22,721 bases of DNA from Candidatus Thorarchaeota archaeon. Its GTDB lineage: Archaea > Asgardarchaeota > Thorarchaeia > Thorarchaeales > Thorarchaeaceae. Each line of letters starts with the position of its first letter. Position 1 is the stretch's first letter. Shown here piece after piece: positions 17,556 through 22,721 of this stretch. Below the pieces are notes generated by a model. That model saw nothing but the letters and a program-made list of their open reading frames with translations. It did no database searches and was not told the DNA's origin. The translations under genes were made by a program, and so were the position numbers. The stretch lies in the NCBI GenBank assembly GCA_048882385.1, contig JBHLRQ010000026.1, forward strand, positions 1-22,721. Direction: 5' to 3'.

Positions 17556-17903
17556 TTACTTAGACCCCTCCTTCTGTGATTCAATATCGAATTCTGGAAT
17601 CACAGTCCCTTCTTCAATGGCTCCTTCATCATATGCTTTCCTTGCCTGATCACGCTCAGCTAGAAAGATAGCCATGTCTGGACAAATACGCTCACAAAAC
17701 TCACAGTTAACGCATGCATCTATATCACAAGCTGTTACTGGATGGTATCCTTTTCTATTGTAGATGTCTGTTAAACAAAGCACATTCTTGGGGCAAAACT
17801 CAATACAGAGCATGCATTGTTTACACTGTTCTTGGAGAATCACAAGTACCTTTTCTCTGGTCCTAGGAGGTTTTGGTGTTATTGGTTTCCGAGCCATTGA
17901 CAT
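17556..17903 (-). CDS. korD: 2-oxoacid:ferredoxin oxidoreductase delta subunit (2x[4Fe-4S] ferredoxin)
   Basis: CKQCMLCIEFCP and CVNCEFCERICPD, N.KGYHP; the stop abuts the korA ATG; SD GAGGAG upstream. Confidence 0.9.
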   Translation of the reverse strand: MSMARKPITPKPPRTREKVLVILQEQCKQCMLCIEFCPKNVLCLTDIYNRKGYHPVTACDIDACVNCEFCERICPDMAIFLAERDQARKAYDEGAIEEGTVIPEFDIESQKEGSK

Positions 17904-17951
17904 CTATCTTATCTCCTCGAACAGATCTCTGTTCAGGCGTGACTTGGCGCA

Positions 17952-17982
17952 CCCTCAAGCTATTTTAGCCTTACCTTGAGGG
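17952..17982. promoter_or_regulatory. Inverted repeat CCCTCAAG-N15-CTTGAGGG upstream of korD
   Basis: Perfect 8-bp arms in the divergent korD / wHTH intergenic region. Confidence 0.45.
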
Positions 17983-18063
17983 ACTCTATCATCATTGGAA
18001 TAATCAACAGGTTTTAAGAGTCTTAGAGCGTAGGCAAACCTCAGATTTTCGGAGTTGCGGGTC

Positions 18064-18531
18064 TTGAATAGTAACAATCCAACTGATGAAGAGTTGGCTG
18101 AACTCGTTAAAGGCAAGACCCTGAGTGTTTATTGGTACATGCTAAGACACACTGAACCATTGACTGCACGTGAGATTCAGAGAGGCGCTGAACTTTCCAG
18201 CCCATCTCTCTCAATGCATCATCTTGAGAGATTACGTCAATTCGGACTTGTTGAGAAGGACGTCCATGGCCAGTATACTGTGAAACGAGATGTTAGGATT
18301 GGTATTCTAAACCAGTTTATGGGACGCGGGCGACTTATGGTTCCTCGGTTCCTCTTCTATGCAACATTCTATACCTCCCTAACATCCGCCCTTGGTATTT
18401 TACTCTGGCTTGCCATAGATTGGTACTCAACAATTCTTCTGATGTTGCTTGTATCAGTATGTTTCGTTCTTTGGTATGAGGCTCTGAAAGTGTGGAGAGA
18501 ACAACCGTTTCCAGAGGGTGAAAGAGATTGA
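18064..18531 (+). CDS. Membrane-anchored ArsR-like winged-helix transcriptional regulator
   Basis: GKTL.VYWY.L, AREIQR...LSSPSL..HHL.RL...GLVEK...GQY wHTH followed by PRFLFY and two TM helices. TTG 18064 follows GGAG (ORF track start is 18055). Confidence 0.82.
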   Translation: MNSNNPTDEELAELVKGKTLSVYWYMLRHTEPLTAREIQRGAELSSPSLSMHHLERLRQFGLVEKDVHGQYTVKRDVRIGILNQFMGRGRLMVPRFLFYATFYTSLTSALGILLWLAIDWYSTILLMLLVSVCFVLWYEALKVWREQPFPEGERD

Positions 18532-19484
18532 AACCCAAAATAGATGAAGTAAAAATTTGCTGTTTACCCAAATTAGTAGGCATTTTGGATGTCAGAACCA
18601 TTATCGGACTTGTCATGGTATTATTGATTGCCTCTCCTTTTACCCTATTTGCAAATAGGCCGAGTATCGTTCTTGGTGATATTGATATAGAGTCTTCATA
18701 TTATCAAGCAGGTTCTGTTGAGGTTCCAACGCTAAGCTTGACTTACACAACTCGCACACTGTTAACTGATACGCCAGTTGTTTCAGGCGCTAAACTATCT
18801 GGAGATCATGTGAAATTGAAAGCTGTTTGGACACCTGCAATGAACAAATCCAGGTTGGAAGTTCATGCCCCTGCTATTCCTTCAACTCTTTCAGCTGAAG
18901 AAAACGAAACTTCTCTTGAGATTGACACACGAGCTCTTGGTAATAATGCTACTTGCACAATAATCGCATCAACATGGTTGTCTAATGGAACAATGATTAG
19001 TGAAGAATTTGTGAATGTATACATTGGGAACTTCTTCATGCCAAAGGTCACTGTTTTAGATCCAAATGGAGGTGAGAATTGGACATCACATCATGATATA
19101 ATTTGGTACGCGTATGACACAAATACTGACGATATCTTACTATTTGACGTTCTATTTTCAGATGATTCAGGAGCATCTTTCTCTTTACTTGCTTCATCAA
19201 TAAACCAAACATGGTTTGAATGGGACTGCGCCAATCTACCGAAAATGGATACTTATGTTATAGAAGTTCGTGTCACTGATGGAATCTACTTCACTTCAGA
19301 TAGATCTGACAGCGTGTTCTCTGCTGGACTGATTTCCACAACACCGACAACAACCACAACAACTACCACAACTATTGGACCTAACGAAATTGAAACACGG
19401 ATACTCGCATTTATGGCAATACTCCTAGTTTCAAGTGGAGTCATGGCTTTGATTGTTTATTATGCGGCTAGAAAATGGTTCTAA
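18528..19484 (+). CDS. Cell-surface protein with PNGGE-type Ig-like domain, Thr-rich linker and C-terminal TM anchor
   Basis: N-terminal hydrophobic segment, VTVLDPNGGE.W...I.W motif, YVIEVRVTDG, TTPTTTTTTTTT linker, TM helix then YYAARKWF; 4-bp overlap with the regulator stop. Confidence 0.7.
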   Translation: MKPKIDEVKICCLPKLVGILDVRTIIGLVMVLLIASPFTLFANRPSIVLGDIDIESSYYQAGSVEVPTLSLTYTTRTLLTDTPVVSGAKLSGDHVKLKAVWTPAMNKSRLEVHAPAIPSTLSAEENETSLEIDTRALGNNATCTIIASTWLSNGTMISEEFVNVYIGNFFMPKVTVLDPNGGENWTSHHDIIWYAYDTNTDDILLFDVLFSDDSGASFSLLASSINQTWFEWDCANLPKMDTYVIEVRVTDGIYFTSDRSDSVFSAGLISTTPTTTTTTTTTIGPNEIETRILAFMAILLVSSGVMALIVYYAARKWF

Positions 19485-20377
19485 CCTAGAATCTTGTCTA
19501 ATAGAGGTTGCGTGTCAACCACATGCCTATCTAGACCTAGTTCTGTGGGATTGAGTCCCATAGCAAGACCGAGAAGTTGTGTATAGTACAACACTGGAAT
19601 GTTATACTTCCTCTCTCCGAGTTCCTTGTTCAGCTGTGCTTGTGCTGTTTCATATTGCAGGTGACAGAACGAGCAAACATTCACGATGCAATCCACACCC
19701 GCTTCTAAGAGGTTATCGAGTTTTTCTTTGGCAATATCGACGCTGACTTCTACCTGACCTCCTCTGACTCCTCCACCAGCACCACAACACAGATTTTTGT
19801 CTTTGTAATTGATGCTCTCTGCACCAGTTGCTTCTACCAATTCATCAAGAAATGTATGTCTCTGAGTCTGCTTCCATGGTCGGTTCTTACTTGGTTTTAG
19901 TAAGTGACATCCATAATGTACGCCAACCTTTATCCCATCCAAACTATGAGTTACAGTTTTACGAATCATTTCAGGACCAAGTTCAGAAATTACTTCGATG
20001 ATGTGCTTAGCTTCTACATTTCCACTGAACTTGATTCCCATTCCTTTGAAGACTTTCTGGACTTCCTTCAGTCTCTTCGGATGTTCGTGAACTTCTGCCA
20101 AGGCTTCCTTGAATGTTCCATAACATCCGTTGCATCCTGTAATAAGGTCGTGACCAGACATCTCTGCTAAAGCTAGGTTTCTAGCTGCAAGAGCCAACCA
20201 GGTCGGTTCATTGAAAGAACGAATAACACCCGGAGCTGGACAACAGCTCGCTCCCTCAAGATCCTCGAGATTGATTCCCAATTTTGGGAGAACTAAACGA
20301 ATACTTGCTTCGAGATTTGGAAACCGGTTGGGCATTACACACCCCAAGAAGAATGAGTACGTCTTTACTTCAGTCAC
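19481..20377 (-). CDS. hdrB: CoB--CoM heterodisulfide reductase subunit B
   Basis: FLGC, SCCPAPG, GCNGC, HYGCHLLKP, CCGAGGG and CSFCHLQ (two CCG domains). Confidence 0.95.
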   Translation of the reverse strand: MTEVKTYSFFLGCVMPNRFPNLEASIRLVLPKLGINLEDLEGASCCPAPGVIRSFNEPTWLALAARNLALAEMSGHDLITGCNGCYGTFKEALAEVHEHPKRLKEVQKVFKGMGIKFSGNVEAKHIIEVISELGPEMIRKTVTHSLDGIKVGVHYGCHLLKPSKNRPWKQTQRHTFLDELVEATGAESINYKDKNLCCGAGGGVRGGQVEVSVDIAKEKLDNLLEAGVDCIVNVCSFCHLQYETAQAQLNKELGERKYNIPVLYYTQLLGLAMGLNPTELGLDRHVVDTQPLLDKILG

Positions 20378-20926
20378 TCACTTGTCCTCCTTCTTTTGGA
20401 TTTCAATTAAATCTTTGAATCCGGTTCTCTTCAAAATCTCCTGAACATCTTTGAGGGCTTTTTTATTTGAATGAGTAGTGGGTGGGACCTCCTTTAAGCC
20501 CAAATCTTTTCGAATTTCACGATTCACATCATCAATTGGGACTGCATGGCCAGTAGCGATTAGTTTCTGAGATGTCTTTTGATGCTGCGGCAACATGAAT
20601 CCGTGATCAACAGCCATGTTTCTCATGATAACTATTGCATCAGTCACTTTGATTTGTCTAGGGCATCTCTCTAAACAAGTGTAGCAGGTTGAACAAAGCC
20701 ATAGATCTGGACTAGCAAGAACTTCATCTTTGAGTCCCAATAATGCTTTTCGAATCACTTCTCGTGTTCTGAAAGCCGTACGACGTCCGCTCGGACAAAC
20801 AGAAGAACAAGTTCCACATTGTATGCAGGTTCGGAGTCTATCAGCACCAGCCTCAACAATCTTGTCAACGAATTCTGAATCAATGTCTTCGTTGTCAATG
20901 ATTTCTCGTGAGATGCTATCAGTCAT
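20378..20926 (-). CDS. hdrC: Heterodisulfide reductase subunit C (paralog 1)
   Basis: CIQCGTCSSVCPSGRRT, LWLCSTCYTCLERCPR, GHAVP; ATG 20926 with GAGG upstream; the stop abuts the hdrB GTG. Confidence 0.94.
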   Translation of the reverse strand: MTDSISREIIDNEDIDSEFVDKIVEAGADRLRTCIQCGTCSSVCPSGRRTAFRTREVIRKALLGLKDEVLASPDLWLCSTCYTCLERCPRQIKVTDAIVIMRNMAVDHGFMLPQHQKTSQKLIATGHAVPIDDVNREIRKDLGLKEVPPTTHSNKKALKDVQEILKRTGFKDLIEIQKKEDK

Positions 20927-20955
20927 TGTGAAACCTCGGCTTTCACTAAATGCGT

Positions 20956-20984
20956 CCCTCAATCAGCGGAATATAAGGATTGAG
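20956..20984. promoter_or_regulatory. Inverted repeat CTCAATC-N13-GATTGAG straddling a TATA-like box upstream of hdrC1
   Basis: Perfect 7-bp arms at 20958-20964 and 20978-20984; the minus strand reads CTTATATT between them. Confidence 0.45.
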
Positions 20985-20992
20985 TTGTCCGA

Positions 20993-22090
20993 CTAATCAA
21001 AAATATAGACGTCCTTTCCAAGCAAGCCGATATTTCCTATTCTAACATTTTCCAATCCAGTTTCATTGGCAGCGTCGAGAGCCGCTCTTGCATGAGCCAT
21101 ACTTGTTCTTGGTAAGTCACTCATGGCAAAGTGTGGACTAAAACCAAGAAGAGCTGTGGGAATCGTAGGATCACTCATAGAAATGAATTCACAGATTCTC
21201 TTCACCTCAGGGATATCGATGTATCCTGGAACGAGTAGGACACTAGCGACCAAAAACTCTCCTTCCCGTTCTCTCTTTGATTTGGCTAGTCCTTCAAAAT
21301 TCCTCAGAACAACAGAATTAGAAACTCCTGTTAGAACCTTATAGATTTGAGGTGTCACTGCTTTGAGATCAAACTTGAATGTTCCACCTGTTGTTTCAAT
21401 TATCTCGCTAATTTTGTCTAACCACTTCTTTGAGATGTTTCCGTTTGTTTCGTAGCAAACCTTCACAGGTCTTACTTCATTCAAAAGTTTCGATGTTTTC
21501 AGAGAATGTTCTGAATTACAAGCCGGGTCCCCACCAAAGTAGCAAACACAGACTGTAAAATCATCTGCAACATCAGCAAGCTCTTGAGCTGTCATCAATG
21601 GTTCTCCATTTGCCATCATCGTTCTGTAACTTGCATTCTGGCAGAAAAGACAGTCTGAGTTACATGACCCATAGAATACTGCAAGATTCTTGAGTCGTTG
21701 TTTTCCGGTACCAATCTCTCGGTCGTTCGTGACTGGGCAGACCCAGTCAGCAACACAGTTTGTTGGTAGAGGGTCGAAATACCAGGAAACCACAGCTTTG
21801 TCAGGATATCTATCAACAACTCTTGAATCCGTAACTATCCTTGTGTTGCAAAATCCTATTTCACCCTCGCTCAAAACACAGTGGTTCCCACAATCTCCAC
21901 AGGTTATCTTTCCCATACCTTTCCTAGGAAATACCGGGACAACGGGGACAAATCCATTGCGTTGACGCAGTCTCATGTGCGTCTGTTCAGCAATACTAGT
22001 ATGTCCAGCCATGACACACTCTGAACAGTATCCAATCGAGCGAGAAATGATTCTTTCCTCGTCTTTGTGATAAGGACACAACATACCCAT
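20993..22090 (-). CDS. Radical SAM protein, PflA/AmmeMemoRadiSam-related archaeal family with Cys-rich N-terminus
   Basis: CNSDCLFCQN (CxxxCxxC), YFGGDP, ETNG, KFDLKA, LLVPGY, V.IGN; N-terminal CxxC and CxxCxxxC......G.C clusters. Confidence 0.88.
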   Translation of the reverse strand: MGMLCPYHKDEERIISRSIGYCSECVMAGHTSIAEQTHMRLRQRNGFVPVVPVFPRKGMGKITCGDCGNHCVLSEGEIGFCNTRIVTDSRVVDRYPDKAVVSWYFDPLPTNCVADWVCPVTNDREIGTGKQRLKNLAVFYGSCNSDCLFCQNASYRTMMANGEPLMTAQELADVADDFTVCVCYFGGDPACNSEHSLKTSKLLNEVRPVKVCYETNGNISKKWLDKISEIIETTGGTFKFDLKAVTPQIYKVLTGVSNSVVLRNFEGLAKSKREREGEFLVASVLLVPGYIDIPEVKRICEFISMSDPTIPTALLGFSPHFAMSDLPRTSMAHARAALDAANETGLENVRIGNIGLLGKDVYIFD

Positions 22091-22181
22091 ACTTTCTATA
22101 CTTCATGCATTAACTTAACGACCTTTCGGCAATGGATTTAAGGTCGAAATTCAAACCACCTTTTACAGTCGGTGGAAAATC

Positions 22182-22721
22182 TTGACCAGTGCTGAGGAAA
22201 AACCTGTAATTATTATTGATACTCCAGACGACTCATTTGTTCAAATGATAAAGAAGACAGGTGGACCAAACATACAGAGCTGCTACCAGTGTGGAACTTG
22301 CAGTGGTAGCTGTCCAGCTGGAGCTCGTACCAACTACCTTGTTCGTGGCATCATTCGTAAGGCACTATTAGGCCTCAAAGAACAATGTATATCCTCTCCT
22401 GAGCTCTGGATGTGTACTACTTGCTATACTTGTACAGATAGATGTCCTCAAGATGTGAAGCCCACAGATGTCATCAAGGCTATCAGGAATGTTGCTGTTG
22501 CTGAGGGATACATGTTAGTTCCACATCAGAAGACAGCTCTAAAGGTTCTTGAGGCTGGGCATGCAGTTCCTTTGGACAAGGAATCATGGGAGAACCTCCG
22601 TGAGAAAGTTGGCGTTGAAAGAGTCCCACCCAATGCTAGTAGATTTCCTGAAGCAATTAGGGAAATCCAGAAGATAGCAAAGAAGACTGGATTTGACAAA
22701 CTTGTCGAAGAGAAGGAGGAA
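22182..22721 (+). CDS. hdrC: Heterodisulfide reductase subunit C (paralog 2), 3-prime truncated by window edge
   Basis: Not in ORF track. TTG 22182 after GGTGG opens MTSAEEKPVII...SCYQCGTCSGSCPAGART...LWMCTTCYTCTDRCPQ...GHAVP...KKTGFDKLVEEKEE, with no stop before the end of the window. Confidence 0.92.
   Translation, partial: MTSAEEKPVIIIDTPDDSFVQMIKKTGGPNIQSCYQCGTCSGSCPAGARTNYLVRGIIRKALLGLKEQCISSPELWMCTTCYTCTDRCPQDVKPTDVIKAIRNVAVAEGYMLVPHQKTALKVLEAGHAVPLDKESWENLREKVGVERVPPNASRFPEAIREIQKIAKKTGFDKLVEEKEE

Noticed and set aside
19338-19373. ACA/ACC/ACT-rich tandem-like repeat
   Set aside because: It simply encodes the Thr-rich linker with mixed codons.
19481-20926. hdrBC as evidence of methanogenesis
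   Set aside because: HdrBC is widespread in non-methanogens, and no mcr or mtr genes are in the window.
1117-21965. Numerous 60-110 aa ORFs in the track overlapping larger genes
   Set aside because: They are antisense or alternate-frame shadows of well-supported genes and have no recognisable motifs.
19481-22721. Selenocysteine read-through in hdr or other redox genes
   Set aside because: All Cys motifs are intact without in-frame TGA, and the TGA stops fall at expected C-termini.
1-22721. CRISPR array, tRNA, rRNA, transposase or integrase
   Set aside because: No repeat-spacer periodicity, no cloverleaf or rRNA-like sequence in the short intergenic gaps, and no recombinase or transposase motifs.

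Overview
Gene-dense archaeal region. It is most consistent with an Asgard archaeon (Thorarchaeia-like), inferred from a Rab-like small GTPase and a longin-domain protein sitting among HdrBC, KorDABC and other archaeal-type genes. Metabolic content: two tandem acyl-CoA ligases divergent from a 2-hydroxyacyl-CoA dehydratase/benzoyl-CoA reductase-family operon (two Fe-S subunits plus one ATP-dependent activator), a 2-oxoacid:ferredoxin oxidoreductase split into korDA and korBC, hdrCB plus a second divergent hdrC around a radical SAM gene, a gamma-carbonic anhydrase family gene and several membrane proteins. The most striking element is a two-gene module at 14253-16422, lying between korA and korB. 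It encodes a longin plus tandem winged-helix protein whose motifs are collinear with eukaryotic NPRL2 (GATOR1), followed by a Rab-like GTPase with a non-canonical G3 motif. This is a candidate archaeal longin/GTPase signalling module embedded in a central-metabolism operon. Several intergenic inverted repeats and a repeated 3-prime hairpin were also found. No tRNA, rRNA, CRISPR array or mobile element is evident. All family calls are motif recognition from memory, without database searches.
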